A stretch of 64,000 nt of DNA from Candidatus Thiothrix anitrata (GCF_017901155.1 NZ_CP072800.1:645283-709282), one strand, 5' to 3'; positions 10,058 through 20,432 are shown, numbered from the stretch's first letter. Made by a program: numbers and translations. The notes: generated from the sequence alone by a model not told the origin.

Positions 10058-11245
10058 GTGGTCAATGGACAAGTTATTCTCAAACACGGACGCGATAAAA
10101 ACGTCCGCGCCCATCACCCGTGGGTATTTTCCGGCGCGGTCGATAAAGTCAAAGGCAAACCGCTATCCGGTGAAAGCGTGGAAGTACGCACTGCCAGCGG
10201 TGATTTACTCGGCATCGGTGCTTGGTCGCCTGCTTCACAAATTCAGGTGCGATTGTGGTCTTTCACCGATGTAAGCATTGACCGCGAATTTTTCGTGCAG
10301 CGCATCCAGCAAGCGTTGGCTTACCGGCAAGCATTGGGCATTCCACAACACAGCTCAGGCTACCGTTTAATCAATGCCGAATCCGATGGCTTGCCCGGTG
10401 TGGTGGTTGACGTGTTCGGCGACTGGCTGATTATGCAAGCCCTCACCGCTGGTGCGGAATATTGGAAACACACCATCGCTGAAGCCTTACTCAGCCTGAT
10501 TCCGGCGCAGGGCGTGTACGAACGTTCCGATGTGGAAGTGCGTAAAAAGGAAGGGTTAACCACCACCGTTGGCGTACTCAACGGCGCAACCCCGCCGCCA
10601 TTTATTGATATTCACGAGCATCAACGCCATTACCGTGTCGATGTTATCAATGGTCACAAAACCGGCTTTTACCTTGATCAACGCGATAATCGCAGCCTGT
10701 TGCAACACTATGCGCAGGATAAAACCGTTTTAAACTGTTTTTCTTACACCGGCGGGTTTTCGATTGCGGCTTTGCACGGCGGCGCGAGTCATGCCACCAA
10801 TATTGACGCTTCCCAACCAGCCTTGGATTTAGCCGCTGATGCCGCCACACTGAATGGTTTCGCCGCTGATCGTATGGAAAATATTTTCGGTGATGTGTTC
10901 AAATTATTGCGCGAATACCGTAACGAAGGCCGTCAGTTCGATGTGGTAGTGCTTGACCCACCCAAGTTTGCGGAAAGTCGTAACCAATTGGAAAAAGCCG
11001 CACGCGGTTACAAAGACATCAATTTACTCGGCTTTAAATTGCTGCGTCCGGGCGGTTTATTATTCACTTTTTCCTGTTCGGGCTTGATGGAAAGCGCGTT
11101 ATTCCAGAAAATAGTCGCTGATGCTGCCGTTGATGCCGGATGTGATGCGCGGATTCTCCACAAACTGGATCAAGCCACCGACCACCCGACACGCTTGGCA
11201 TTCCCCGAAGGCTATTATTTGAAGGGGTTGGTATGTCAGAAGTAG
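10058..11245 (+). CDS. rlmI: 23S rRNA (cytosine1962-C5)-methyltransferase RlmI
   Basis: The N-terminus has the RlmI PUA signature (LKHGRDKNVRAHHPWVFSGAVDKVKG), with a C-terminal SAM methyltransferase fold (VVLDPPKFAES). The start is GTG. Confidence 0.85.
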   Translation: MVNGQVILKHGRDKNVRAHHPWVFSGAVDKVKGKPLSGESVEVRTASGDLLGIGAWSPASQIQVRLWSFTDVSIDREFFVQRIQQALAYRQALGIPQHSSGYRLINAESDGLPGVVVDVFGDWLIMQALTAGAEYWKHTIAEALLSLIPAQGVYERSDVEVRKKEGLTTTVGVLNGATPPPFIDIHEHQRHYRVDVINGHKTGFYLDQRDNRSLLQHYAQDKTVLNCFSYTGGFSIAALHGGASHATNIDASQPALDLAADAATLNGFAADRMENIFGDVFKLLREYRNEGRQFDVVVLDPPKFAESRNQLEKAARGYKDINLLGFKLLRPGGLLFTFSCSGLMESALFQKIVADAAVDAGCDARILHKLDQATDHPTRLAFPEGYYLKGLVCQK

Positions 11246-11790
11246 AAACCACCACGGAACAACCTTCCACCAAGCAACGCCTGCTGGAGCTGTTCCAAAA
11301 ACTGTTGCCACTGGTAGACAGCGTTTCCGACAAAATCCGCTTTGCCGCGCTGTTGGGTTTTGGATTGGATGTGTGGATTTTCGTGTGGTTATATTTTATT
11401 AAGCAATTTTCGGCTGGTACGGCTTTGGTTGTCGCTGGAATTTTGCTGGTACCTGTCCTGATTCTGGTGCGTTTTTGGTGGGCACTGGAAGAAATCAAAG
11501 ACCTGCCTAACATTGCCGGACGCATGGTAGATGATGCGAAAGGGGAAATCCGTGAAACGGTGCAAGGCATTCAGGCGGGGCAAGTGCAAAAGCTAAGCTT
11601 TCTCGGTTCAGCGAAAAGCCTGTGGAGCATTGGTTCAATGGCGGGTGAAGCGCGGGAATTGCTGGGTTCTTACATTAGCATTGGCACTTTAGCCAATCCC
11701 TTCGCGCTGATTCTTGGCGCACTATCGCTGGTTGGTGTATTAGGTATGACTTTGCTGGGGCTGATTCTGTTAATGCTCACTTTATTTTGA
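11233..11790 (+). CDS. Hypothetical inner-membrane protein
   Basis: The 185-aa protein has 4-5 TM helices. It overlaps the rlmI stop by 13 nt and sits just upstream of creD. No recognisable family was found. Confidence 0.5.
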   Translation: MSEVETTTEQPSTKQRLLELFQKLLPLVDSVSDKIRFAALLGFGLDVWIFVWLYFIKQFSAGTALVVAGILLVPVLILVRFWWALEEIKDLPNIAGRMVDDAKGEIRETVQGIQAGQVQKLSFLGSAKSLWSIGSMAGEARELLGSYISIGTLANPFALILGALSLVGVLGMTLLGLILLMLTLF

Positions 11791-11913
11791 TTGCGCCAAT
11801 CAATAGTTTGCACCGAATCTGCACTGACTGACACGGGATTTCCATATTCTCCGCATCGAATCTCCACCTGATCTGCCTATAGTGGGGTTATCACAGATAA
11901 CAAGGAGATTCCC

Positions 11914-13347
11914 ATGCAAAGCCGCCGTTTTTACCTTAAATTTGCCGCCATTGCGTTTTTAATGGTGTTTTTACTGATTCCGCAAAGTGCCATTCTTGAT
12001 TTGGTGAGCGAGCGTGTGGGCTGGCGTGAACAAGCTTACCAAAGTATTGGTCAAAGTTGGCCGGGAGAACAAATACTGGCAGGCCCGCTGCTGGTGGTGC
12101 CTTACACCCTCACCTATAACCGTAAAGAAATTGCTAAAGATGACAAGGGCGTAGTGCGCGAAATCCTGCACGAGGAAAAACTTAGCGACGCACTGCATCT
12201 GTTACCCAAGCAATTGCTGATTAACAGCAAACTCGATAGCAGCGTGCGTTCTCGTGGCATTTACGGCGTGCCGGTCTACAACAGTGCCATGCAAGTCAGC
12301 GGCGAATTCAATAATCAGGCGGTACTGGATTTACTCGCGGAAAATCCTGATAAGAAATTTCAGTGGGAAAAACCGTATCTGTCAGTCATGGTGCGTGATC
12401 AGCGCGGCATTGCCCGCCCACCCAGTTTGCAATGGTTAGGCTCTGCACTGGCGTTTCAACCGGGCAGCAATTTATCCGGGAGCAATGCCGCCGCCGGAAT
12501 GCACGCCAAGCTTCCTGCATTAATCGTGGATGCTCCGAGTCGTTTTGCGTTTGCGTTTGATCTTGAACTCAACGGAATGCGGGCAATGAATTTCGCGCTG
12601 CTTTCGGAAGATACCAAAGTAAAACTGCAATCCAACTGGGCAAGCCCCAGCTTTACGGGTGAATTGTTACCCAGCAAGCGCGAGATCAGCGACAGCGGTT
12701 TTAGCGCACAATGGCACGCTTCTTCGTTTTCTTTTAACGTCAGTGGCGCGATGGAACAATGCCGTAAAGGTGAATGCGCCAGCTTGCTGGATCGGGCAGT
12801 GGGTTTCAGTTTGTTGCAGCCGGTGGATGTTTACCAGCAAGCCGAACGCAGTGTGAAATACGCTTTATTGTTCATTGTGCTGACCTTTGGGGTGTTGATT
12901 TTATTTGAGTTGTTAAAAAAACTCCCGATTCATCCGGTGCAATACACATTGGTCGGTTTCGCGCTATTGGTGTTTTACCTGTTGTTGGTATCGTTGTCAG
13001 AACACCTGGCTTTCTGGCTGGCTTACACCACGGCCGGATTCGCCAGCACTGGGTTATTGATGCTGTATTTCGGGAGCATTTTACACAGCCGTAAATTGGG
13101 GTTGCTGCTTGGCTCTGGTTTGGCTGGGCTTTACGCCTTGCTGTATATGATTTTGCAGGCGGAAGAAAACGCTTTGCTGATGGGCAGCGTATTAATTTTC
13201 GTGGTCTTAGCGGTGTTGATGCTGGCAACGCGTCACTTTGACTGGTACGCCTTAACAGCGGGTAATCACAATGGCGGCGAAAAGCCACCGATTACCTGTT
13301 ACAATAAGTCGCAAAATCAAGACTGTAACGACGAGGCTAGTTCATGA
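11914..13347 (+). CDS. creD: Cell envelope integrity protein CreD
   Basis: The CreD N-terminus (FLMVFLLIPQSAILDLVSERVGWREQAYQSIGQSWPGEQILAGPLLVVPY) is followed by a C-terminal multi-TM domain. Confidence 0.85.
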   Translation: MQSRRFYLKFAAIAFLMVFLLIPQSAILDLVSERVGWREQAYQSIGQSWPGEQILAGPLLVVPYTLTYNRKEIAKDDKGVVREILHEEKLSDALHLLPKQLLINSKLDSSVRSRGIYGVPVYNSAMQVSGEFNNQAVLDLLAENPDKKFQWEKPYLSVMVRDQRGIARPPSLQWLGSALAFQPGSNLSGSNAAAGMHAKLPALIVDAPSRFAFAFDLELNGMRAMNFALLSEDTKVKLQSNWASPSFTGELLPSKREISDSGFSAQWHASSFSFNVSGAMEQCRKGECASLLDRAVGFSLLQPVDVYQQAERSVKYALLFIVLTFGVLILFELLKKLPIHPVQYTLVGFALLVFYLLLVSLSEHLAFWLAYTTAGFASTGLLMLYFGSILHSRKLGLLLGSGLAGLYALLYMILQAEENALLMGSVLIFVVLAVLMLATRHFDWYALTAGNHNGGEKPPITCYNKSQNQDCNDEASS

Positions 13348-14912
13348 GACACACAAAAGTACCACGCCGCCGCACTATTCTGCTTATTTTGGACGGTGTT
13401 GGTGTCAATCCTAGCAAGAAATACAATGCGGTACACGAGGCTAATACCCCCAAGCTTGACAGTTACTTTAGCAGATACCCGCACACCACATTGCAAGCTT
13501 CTGGGCGAGCAGTAGGCTTGCCTGATGGTCAAATGGGTAACTCTGAAGTGGGGCACATGACCATTGGGTGCGGTATGGTTCTAAAGCAGGATTTGGTACG
13601 GATTGATGATGCGATTGAAGATGGTAGCTTCGCCCGCAATCATTCCTTGGTCAATGCCATTAACAATGCCAAGCGTGAAAACCGCCCATTACACTTGCTG
13701 GGTCTGGTATCCGATGGCGGGGTGCATAGCCACCTCAACCACCTGATTGCGTTGCTCAAAGCGTGTATGGAACACAATGTTAAACCGGTGTTGCACGTTA
13801 TTACTGACGGACGTGACACCGCACCGAACGTTGCCAAGTCGTTTTTGCGCCATGTGTTAAATGTGATGGAAATGACCGGCGGGGAAATTGCTACCGTTAC
13901 CGGACGCTTTTACGCAATGGATCGTGACAACCGCTGGGAACGCACCAAAGTCGCGTGGGATGCAATGGTGCACGGCATAGGCACGCCTGCCAGCGATGCG
14001 ATGCAAGCGGTGAGTGACGCTTACGCCGTCGGGGAAACCGACGAATTTATTAAACCGCGCATCCTGCCCAATGCCGAACGCATTCAAAGTAATGACAGTG
14101 TATTGTTTTTCAACTTCCGTAATGACCGCCCGCGCCAAACGGCTAAAGCCCTTGCGGATGAAAACTTCGATGGTTTTGAGCGGGGCGACTTCGAGCCGGT
14201 ATCGCTCACCACCATGACCGAATACGACAAACGCTTGCTTGCACCAGTTATTTTTCCGCCCGAACGCCCTGCTACCAATTTGGCACAAATCATCAGTCTG
14301 GCGGGTTTAAAGCAATTGCACTGTGCGGAAACTGAAAAATACGCCCACGTAACCTTCTTTTTCAACGGCGGGCGCGAACGCACTTACGCCGGAGAAGAGC
14401 GCGTGGTAATTCCGTCGCCCAAGGTCGAAACTTACGATCAGCAACCGGAAATGAGCGCGAAACAAGTTGCTGACACCGTGATTGATGCGATTGAAAACGA
14501 CAAATATTGCTTTATCGTGGCGAACTTTGCCAATGGCGATATGGTGGGACATACCGCGATTCGCGATGCCATTATTCAAGCCGTGGAAGTCCTTGATCAC
14601 GAAGTCGGACGAGTACTCGATGCAGCGGTTGCACGTGATTATTCGGTGATTGTTACTGCCGATCATGGCAATTGTGATGAATACGTTGACCCGTTAACCG
14701 GCGGCCCCAACCCGCAACACACGGTTTACCCCGTGCCGTGCCTGATTATCGACAAATCCAACTGGCGATTATCCACCGAAGGCGGTTTAAGCAATCTTGC
14801 CCCTACGGTGTTGCATCTGATGGGCTTGCCTAAACCGGATACGATGAAGGGTAAAACTCTGCTACTCGAAGAGTTACCTTCAGGGCAAAGTGCTAATAAC
14901 GGTGGGTATTAA
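13344..14912 (+). CDS. gpmI: 2,3-bisphosphoglycerate-independent phosphoglycerate mutase
   Basis: ILLILDGVGVNP...GNSEVGHMTIGCG and the C-terminal metalloenzyme blocks (TADHGNCDE) are present. Start and stop are coupled to creD (ATGA overlap). Confidence 0.9.
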   Translation: MRHTKVPRRRTILLILDGVGVNPSKKYNAVHEANTPKLDSYFSRYPHTTLQASGRAVGLPDGQMGNSEVGHMTIGCGMVLKQDLVRIDDAIEDGSFARNHSLVNAINNAKRENRPLHLLGLVSDGGVHSHLNHLIALLKACMEHNVKPVLHVITDGRDTAPNVAKSFLRHVLNVMEMTGGEIATVTGRFYAMDRDNRWERTKVAWDAMVHGIGTPASDAMQAVSDAYAVGETDEFIKPRILPNAERIQSNDSVLFFNFRNDRPRQTAKALADENFDGFERGDFEPVSLTTMTEYDKRLLAPVIFPPERPATNLAQIISLAGLKQLHCAETEKYAHVTFFFNGGRERTYAGEERVVIPSPKVETYDQQPEMSAKQVADTVIDAIENDKYCFIVANFANGDMVGHTAIRDAIIQAVEVLDHEVGRVLDAAVARDYSVIVTADHGNCDEYVDPLTGGPNPQHTVYPVPCLIIDKSNWRLSTEGGLSNLAPTVLHLMGLPKPDTMKGKTLLLEELPSGQSANNGGY

Positions 14913-14962
14913 ACCAAAAGGCAGCCCGAAGACTGCCTAAAGAGGGGGTTGTGGAGAAAGGG

Positions 14963-15409
14963 TTAACTGCGGTTAAACTGCTCGTCTGAACGGTAATCGC
15001 GGCGACTGGGGTCACGGAAATCGGTGTCAATAATGACCCGTAGCCGCCCATTCGCCAAACGCTTGAAGCGAATGTCACGTTTGGCGAAACCTTGGTCAAT
15101 CGTGCCGCGTTTCCAACCGCCTGCGATACTATTCGCACCGACTTCCTGCCATTCACAGGCTGTTGGGTGGCAGGAGCCATAAAGCTTAATGTAAAACGGC
15201 TCGCCAGGTGGGTAAGGTTGCCCATTCAGAATCTGATCTTGGCACTGGAAGCGCACTTCTGCACGTACAATACTGCGGGTGTTAGAATCCACATTTGTCC
15301 ATGCACCCACCTCACCCGGCGTTACACACAAGGCGGCGGCTGGGGCTGCATAAAATCCCGTTAAACTGAGCAAAAACAATAAGCTGGTAATAATATTGGA
15401 ACGTTTCAT
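14963..15409 (-). CDS. Secreted hypothetical protein (4 Cys)
   Basis: A signal peptide (MKRSNIITSLLFLLSLTGFYAAPAAA) is present. The ORF is 148 aa with no family match by eye. Confidence 0.5.
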   Translation of the reverse strand: MKRSNIITSLLFLLSLTGFYAAPAAALCVTPGEVGAWTNVDSNTRSIVRAEVRFQCQDQILNGQPYPPGEPFYIKLYGSCHPTACEWQEVGANSIAGGWKRGTIDQGFAKRDIRFKRLANGRLRVIIDTDFRDPSRRDYRSDEQFNRS

Positions 15410-15504
15410 GATGGGTTCTCCCTCTGCTTTGGTTAGCTTCGCCTTTCGCTAAGGCTTGGGATAAAGATACTGTGAAGCTGTTGCTAAATCTGTGAAAAAG
15501 TACC

Positions 15505-15536
15505 AAAAATAAAAAACCCCGTTAGGGGGAACGGGG
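15505..15536 (-). terminator. Orphan Rho-independent terminator (minus strand)
   Basis: A CCCCGTT/AACGGGG stem is followed on the minus strand by a U-run (the complement of AAAAATAAAAAA). It lies upstream of the 14963..15409 start, so it does not terminate an annotated gene. Confidence 0.55.
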
Positions 15537-15832
15537 CTTGAGATAGTGAGGAGAGAGAGTTGCATTTTTTTATTCGCCTGCGAGGTACACTTGTTCCGAA
15601 CAGTCGCATCCATGCGTTTCAGGGCTTACCTTGTAACCATCAATGCTTATACCTTCCTGGCTGCTAAATGGCAAAACGCACGCTTTGCCTGCCTAAGAGT
15701 GTAGGTGATAACCATCAATTTGCCTGATAAAATCGGGTTAACGGTTATGTTCAGAGTGTAAACGGTTGGATGTAAGGAATTAATGGTGCGTTTAAAAAGT
15801 TTGTTTTACGCTAGGCACTCATCCATCATAAT

Positions 15833-16663
15833 GTGTTATTGACCATGACAACTGCTGCCTCAAAGAGTGTGCGCCTTTGGCAAATTTCCGACAGCCATTG
15901 TTACCCCGATGATTCCACCCCGTTAGAGTGGTCGACGGAAACGGTTTACCCAAATCAATCACTTCGCGCCGTGTTAAACCACCTGAAAGTCCAAGTGGCT
16001 GATCATGACGCATTGTTTATCACCGGGGATTTGGCGCAAGAGGAAACCGCGCAAACTTACCAACGTATTAAGGTATTACTGGATGATTTTCCGCTGCCGA
16101 TACACGTATTGCCCGGTAATCACGACATCCCTGAACTCATGCAGGCGCATTTAGGCGATAAAATTACACTTCCCTCGCAGGTGTCGTTTGGGCAGTGGCA
16201 CGCCATTTTGCTGGACACCCATGCAGCGGGAAAGCCTGATGGGCATCTGGATGACGCGCAATTTAATCAACTGGAACAGCAATTACGCGCCATTCCCGGC
16301 GGCGAATTCGCCATTATTTTGATGCATCACCATCCCATTGACATTGGCAGCGAATGGATGGATCGCATGGGGCTGCAACAAAAACAACGCTTTTGGGAAA
16401 TCGTCAGCACGTTCAACTGCGTGAAAGCGGTGTTTAACGGGCATATCCACCAAGCGTTTCACGGCGAATACCGTACTGCCAGCGGGTGCGTGATTCCGGT
16501 GTTTGGCACGCCTGCTACCTGCATTCAACTCAAACCCACTCACCCGGTGTTCGAGTTTGATCACTTACGCCCAGCATGGCGCGAAATCGTGTTGCATCCT
16601 GATGGTACGTTGGAGACTGAGGTGCATTACCTAGAGTTGTGTAAGTTATCAGAGCATGACTGA
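15833..16663 (+). CDS. cpdA: 3',5'-cyclic-nucleotide phosphodiesterase CpdA/Icc (metallophosphoesterase)
   Basis: LWQISDSHCY...FITGDLAQEE...LPGNHD...ILMHHHP...NGHIHQ motifs are present. The start is ambiguous between GTG 15833 and ATG 15845. Confidence 0.8.
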   Translation: MLLTMTTAASKSVRLWQISDSHCYPDDSTPLEWSTETVYPNQSLRAVLNHLKVQVADHDALFITGDLAQEETAQTYQRIKVLLDDFPLPIHVLPGNHDIPELMQAHLGDKITLPSQVSFGQWHAILLDTHAAGKPDGHLDDAQFNQLEQQLRAIPGGEFAIILMHHHPIDIGSEWMDRMGLQQKQRFWEIVSTFNCVKAVFNGHIHQAFHGEYRTASGCVIPVFGTPATCIQLKPTHPVFEFDHLRPAWREIVLHPDGTLETEVHYLELCKLSEHD

Positions 16664-16766
16664 TTAATTAATGATCAAAGCATCTACCCTCTTTGCTGTG
16701 CATCAGACCATCGCTCCCACTCCGAATGTCAGGATACCGTTGCAATAATTCGGTTAGGACAAAAAA

Positions 16767-16817
16767 TTCACATATTGTGAATCTCAGCATTTATTGTTAC
16801 AGTTCACATACTGTGAA
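16767..16817 (+). promoter_or_regulatory. Two palindromic operator sites upstream of higBA
   Basis: TTCACATATTGTGAA (16767..16781) and TTCACATACTGTGAA (16803..16817) are perfect 6-bp arm palindromes about 36 bp apart. The second overlaps the SD region of higB. Confidence 0.6.
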
Positions 16818-16828
16818 TCAGGAGCAAT

Positions 16829-17143
16829 GTGTTGCACGTCATATCCCGAAAACCCTTTAACGACGCAAGCCTGAAATTTCTCAATGACGCTGATGCGATT
16901 GAGGCGGCCTACAAAACCCTACGGAACGACAATTTTGCCAATCCACTGGCGTTAAAAGCTGTTTTTCCCAGTCTGGATAATTTTCGTTACAAGGATAAAT
17001 GGTGGGTTATCGACATTGGTGGTAACAATCTGCGCTTACTAGCATTCATTGAATTTCGGGATAACCGTATGTATGTCAAACATATTGTTACTCATGCTGA
17101 CTATGACAAACTCTGTAAAAAATACGCACGGGAGGCTGACTAA
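16829..17143 (+). CDS. higB: Type II toxin HigB (RelE/ParE superfamily mRNA interferase)
   Basis: The protein aligns along its length with E. coli HigB: LKAVFPSLDNFRYKDKWWVIDIGGNNLRLLAFIEF...VKHIVTHADYDKL versus ESLKAVFPSLDNFKYLDKHYVFNVGGNELRVVAMVFF...IREVMTHKEYD. Confidence 0.85.
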   Translation: MLHVISRKPFNDASLKFLNDADAIEAAYKTLRNDNFANPLALKAVFPSLDNFRYKDKWWVIDIGGNNLRLLAFIEFRDNRMYVKHIVTHADYDKLCKKYAREAD

Positions 17144-17601
17144 TGGACTTCGCTGCTGTCAAAATTCAAGCAAAAGACCTCTTCACGCAAGCCGGTTTCA
17201 TTACTGAGATACGCAATGACACTGACTACGAAAATGCACTCGCACTATTAGAAGAGTTGCTGGAAGACTATGACGATTACCGCACGCTAATTGGGATTCT
17301 CACCAACACCATTGAGGCGTGGGAAAATGTTGCCCCCGAATTTGCTGCCTTCAATCAGCGTATAGCACAATTGGATGACGGCGTTGCGGTACTGAGGACA
17401 TTGATGGATCAATATCAACTAAAAGCCGACGATTTGAAAAACGAAATCGGTGGTAAGAGCTTGGTTTCCATGATTCTCAATGGATCACGTAATATGACCC
17501 GTGAGCATATTCAAGCCTTATCATTACGCTTTAACTTGAATCCATCGGTGTTTTTCCGTACTGCCAGCGTACCCGTTACGCTGCACTTGGTCACGACATA
17601 G
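17143..17601 (+). CDS. higA: Antitoxin HigA (HTH-XRE)
   Basis: It matches E. coli HigA: YENALALLEELL...IEAWENVAPEFAAFN...DGVAVLRTLMDQYQLKADDLKNEIGGKSLVSMILNGSR. It overlaps the higB stop (TAATG). Confidence 0.85.
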   Translation: MDFAAVKIQAKDLFTQAGFITEIRNDTDYENALALLEELLEDYDDYRTLIGILTNTIEAWENVAPEFAAFNQRIAQLDDGVAVLRTLMDQYQLKADDLKNEIGGKSLVSMILNGSRNMTREHIQALSLRFNLNPSVFFRTASVPVTLHLVTT

Positions 17602-17705
17602 CGCGTTTGAACATCGCGCATCCGCAACGATTCGGCTTTATCAGGGTGTCACAAACCTGTAAGATAAGCACACTCAAATTTGTGCAAAATATAAGCGAGT
17701 GATCC

Positions 17706-18704
17706 ATGCTGAACGCTCATCTTTCCCCAGGGCCGCTACCGTCGCGGATGCAATTGACCGCTGATGGTCAACTGAAACATTTCCTTACCGTGGAAGGGCT
17801 TCCCCCGTTGTTACTGGAAGACATTCTCAAGCGTGCCGAGCAGTTTGTGACCGTCCCTAATAAACAGCAGAAAAAAGCCCCGTTGTTACGCGGCAAAACC
17901 GTGATGAATTTATTTTTTGAGAATTCAACACGCACCCGCGTTACCTTTGAAATTGCCGCGCAACGCCTCGGCGCGGATGTCATTAACCTCGATATTCGTA
18001 CCTCTTCGGCCTCCAAAGGGGAAACCCTGCTGGACACGATCCGCAACCTTGAGGCGATGAATGCGGATATGTTTGTGGTGCGCCACGAACACGCAGGCGC
18101 GGCACATTTTATTGCGCGTTATTGTGCTCCCCATGTCAGCGTGTTGAATGCGGGGGACGGGCGGCATTCGCACCCCACGCAGGCGATGCTGGATATGTTC
18201 ACGATTCGCCAGAAAAAGGGCAGCTTTCAACCGTTGAAAGTCGCGATTGTGGGTGACGTGCTGCATTCACGGGTGGCACGTTCTCAGATTCACGCACTAA
18301 CCACGCTGGCAACAGGTGAAGTGCGAGTGGTTGCGCCGAAAACCTTGGTTCCCGCTGGTATAGAAAAAATGGGCGTAAATGTGTTTCATCGCATGGAAGA
18401 AGGCATTGCCGATGCCGATGTGGTGATTATGTTGCGGCTGCAACGCGAACGGATGCAAACCGCGCTGTTGCCTTCCGAACGCGAGTTTTTCAAGCTGTAT
18501 GGTTTAACCCAAGAGCGCATGGCATTAGCTAAACCCGATGCGATTGTCATGCACCCCGGCCCGATTAACCGTGGGGTTGAAATTGATTCGCAAGTGGCTG
18601 ATGGCAATCAATCCGTTATTTTAGAACAAGTTACCAACGGCATTGCGGTGCGCATGGCGATTATGGCAATGATCATGGGGCCAAAAACCGGAGGTGTGTT
18701 ATGA
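17706..18704 (+). CDS. pyrB: Aspartate carbamoyltransferase catalytic subunit
   Basis: ENSTRTR and HPTQ motifs are present, with the Pseudomonas-type N-terminal extension. Confidence 0.9.
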   Translation: MLNAHLSPGPLPSRMQLTADGQLKHFLTVEGLPPLLLEDILKRAEQFVTVPNKQQKKAPLLRGKTVMNLFFENSTRTRVTFEIAAQRLGADVINLDIRTSSASKGETLLDTIRNLEAMNADMFVVRHEHAGAAHFIARYCAPHVSVLNAGDGRHSHPTQAMLDMFTIRQKKGSFQPLKVAIVGDVLHSRVARSQIHALTTLATGEVRVVAPKTLVPAGIEKMGVNVFHRMEEGIADADVVIMLRLQRERMQTALLPSEREFFKLYGLTQERMALAKPDAIVMHPGPINRGVEIDSQVADGNQSVILEQVTNGIAVRMAIMAMIMGPKTGGVL

Positions 18705-19975
18705 GCCTGTTGATCCGTAATGTCCGCGCCATTGACCCCGCCAGCGGTTTGGATGGTTTGCGCAATATCCTGCTGGATGACGGGCGCATTACTGCGATTG
18801 CCGAAGCCTCAGCCGGATTTACCGCCAACCAAGAAATTGATGCCAGTGGTTTGTGGGCATTTCCCGGTGGTGTCGACCTCGCAGCGTGGTTGCGCGAACC
18901 GGGGCTTGATCACAAAGCCACCTTGAAAAGCGAGACTTACGCCGCCGCCGCCAGCGGTATCACTACCTTGTGTTACCAACCGGAACCGGGGGTAAATTTC
19001 GACAGTGCCGCGCAAGTCAAACTGATTGACGATTTAAACCGGCAAGCGGGATTTGCGCGTGTCGCGGTGTTGGGCAATTTAACCCAAGGCTTAAAGGGCG
19101 AACAGTTAAGCAATATGGGCAGCCTGAAAAAGGCCGGTTGCGTCGCCGTCACCAATGGCTGGCAGCCGTTTAAAAGCCTGCAAACCTTGCGCCGCGCCAT
19201 GGAATACGCCGCGACTCACGAGTTAACCGTGTTTGTGTATCCGCTGGAACATGCGCTGGCAGCCGGTGGTTATATGCACGAAGGCGAAGTATCGGCACGT
19301 TTGGGTTTCCCCGCGATTCCATCCGCAGCGGAAACCGTCGCGGTGGCGCAAACCCTCGCGTTAGCCAGCCATACCGGAGCGCGGGTGCATTTTTGCCGGT
19401 TATCTGCACGTTTAAGCGTTAAATTGATTCGCCAAGGCAAAGACAGCGGTTTAGACATTACCGCCGATGTCGCGGCACATCAATTATTCCTCACGGAAGT
19501 TGATGTTAGTGATTTCAACCCGTTATGCCATGTAATGCCGCCGTTGCGTTCCTCACGTGACCGTGATGCGTTACGTGAAGGTTTAGCCGATGGCACGATT
19601 GACGCGATTTGTTCGGATCATCAGCCGCACGAAATTGATGCCAAACTCGCGCCATTCCAGCAAACCGAACCCGGCATTGCAGGGCTGGAAACTTTATTGC
19701 CACTGACGCTGCGCTTGGTGGAAGAAAAAGTGTTAACCCTGCCCGAAGCCTTACGCAAATTGACCAGCAATCCCGCCCGCATTATTGGCAGCGAGGCAGG
19801 CCGCGTCCGGGTCGGCGCACCAGCGGATTTGGTGCTGTTCAACCCCGATAGTTTGTGGGAGTTAGACCTTAACCACTCGCACAGCGCGGGTAAAAATACC
19901 CCGTTTGCAGGCTGGAATTTCAGCGGTGCGGTACAACAGACCTTCGTCGCTGGAAAACGGGTGTTTCATGTTTGA
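18701..19975 (+). CDS. pyrC': Dihydroorotase-like protein, probably non-catalytic PyrC'
   Basis: The amidohydrolase fold is about 424 aa. The N-terminal metal-binding HxH is absent ([13 protein letters not shown] where DxHVH is expected). The gene is translationally coupled to pyrB (ATGA). Confidence 0.75.
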   Translation: MSLLIRNVRAIDPASGLDGLRNILLDDGRITAIAEASAGFTANQEIDASGLWAFPGGVDLAAWLREPGLDHKATLKSETYAAAASGITTLCYQPEPGVNFDSAAQVKLIDDLNRQAGFARVAVLGNLTQGLKGEQLSNMGSLKKAGCVAVTNGWQPFKSLQTLRRAMEYAATHELTVFVYPLEHALAAGGYMHEGEVSARLGFPAIPSAAETVAVAQTLALASHTGARVHFCRLSARLSVKLIRQGKDSGLDITADVAAHQLFLTEVDVSDFNPLCHVMPPLRSSRDRDALREGLADGTIDAICSDHQPHEIDAKLAPFQQTEPGIAGLETLLPLTLRLVEEKVLTLPEALRKLTSNPARIIGSEAGRVRVGAPADLVLFNPDSLWELDLNHSHSAGKNTPFAGWNFSGAVQQTFVAGKRVFHV

Positions 19976-20432
19976 TATTGCCCTTTACCAACCCGAAATT
20001 CCCCCGAATACTGGCAATATTATGCGCTTGTGTGCCAATACCGGTTGCCGCTTGCACTTGATTCATCCGTTGGGGTTTTCCTTGGATGAAAAACAAGTAC
20101 GCCGTGCAGGGATGGATTATCGCGATTTGGCGGTGGTGCAGGAACACGCCAGTTTCGCCGCCTTTAGTGTAGCGATGCAGGGGCGGCGGGTGTTTGCGTT
20201 AAGCACCAAAGTTAACCGCACTTATACCCAAACTGCCTTTGAACCCGGTGATGTGGTGTTATTTGGCCCCGAAACACGCGGTTTACCGGAAGCGTTGTTG
20301 TTAAGTTTGCCGGATGAGTTGAAATTGCGCGTGCCGATGCTTGCCGATAGCCGCAGTTTAAATTTATCCAATACCGTGGCGGTGGTGGTGTATGAAATGT
20401 TACGCCAACACGATTTCCCGGAATTGCGGTAA
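19968..20432 (+). CDS. trmL: tRNA (cytidine34/5-carboxymethylaminomethyluridine34-2'-O)-methyltransferase TrmL
   Basis: [32 protein letters not shown] is the TrmL/SpoU N-terminus. The ORF-track start (19905) lies inside pyrC', so ATG 19968 was chosen. Confidence 0.85.
   Translation: MFDIALYQPEIPPNTGNIMRLCANTGCRLHLIHPLGFSLDEKQVRRAGMDYRDLAVVQEHASFAAFSVAMQGRRVFALSTKVNRTYTQTAFEPGDVVLFGPETRGLPEALLLSLPDELKLRVPMLADSRSLNLSNTVAVVVYEMLRQHDFPELR

Noticed and set aside
19905-19967. The ORF-track start for trmL inside pyrC'.
   Set aside because: The TrmL family N-terminus ([18 protein letters not shown]) begins at 19968. The upstream residues are an out-of-frame overlap with pyrC'.
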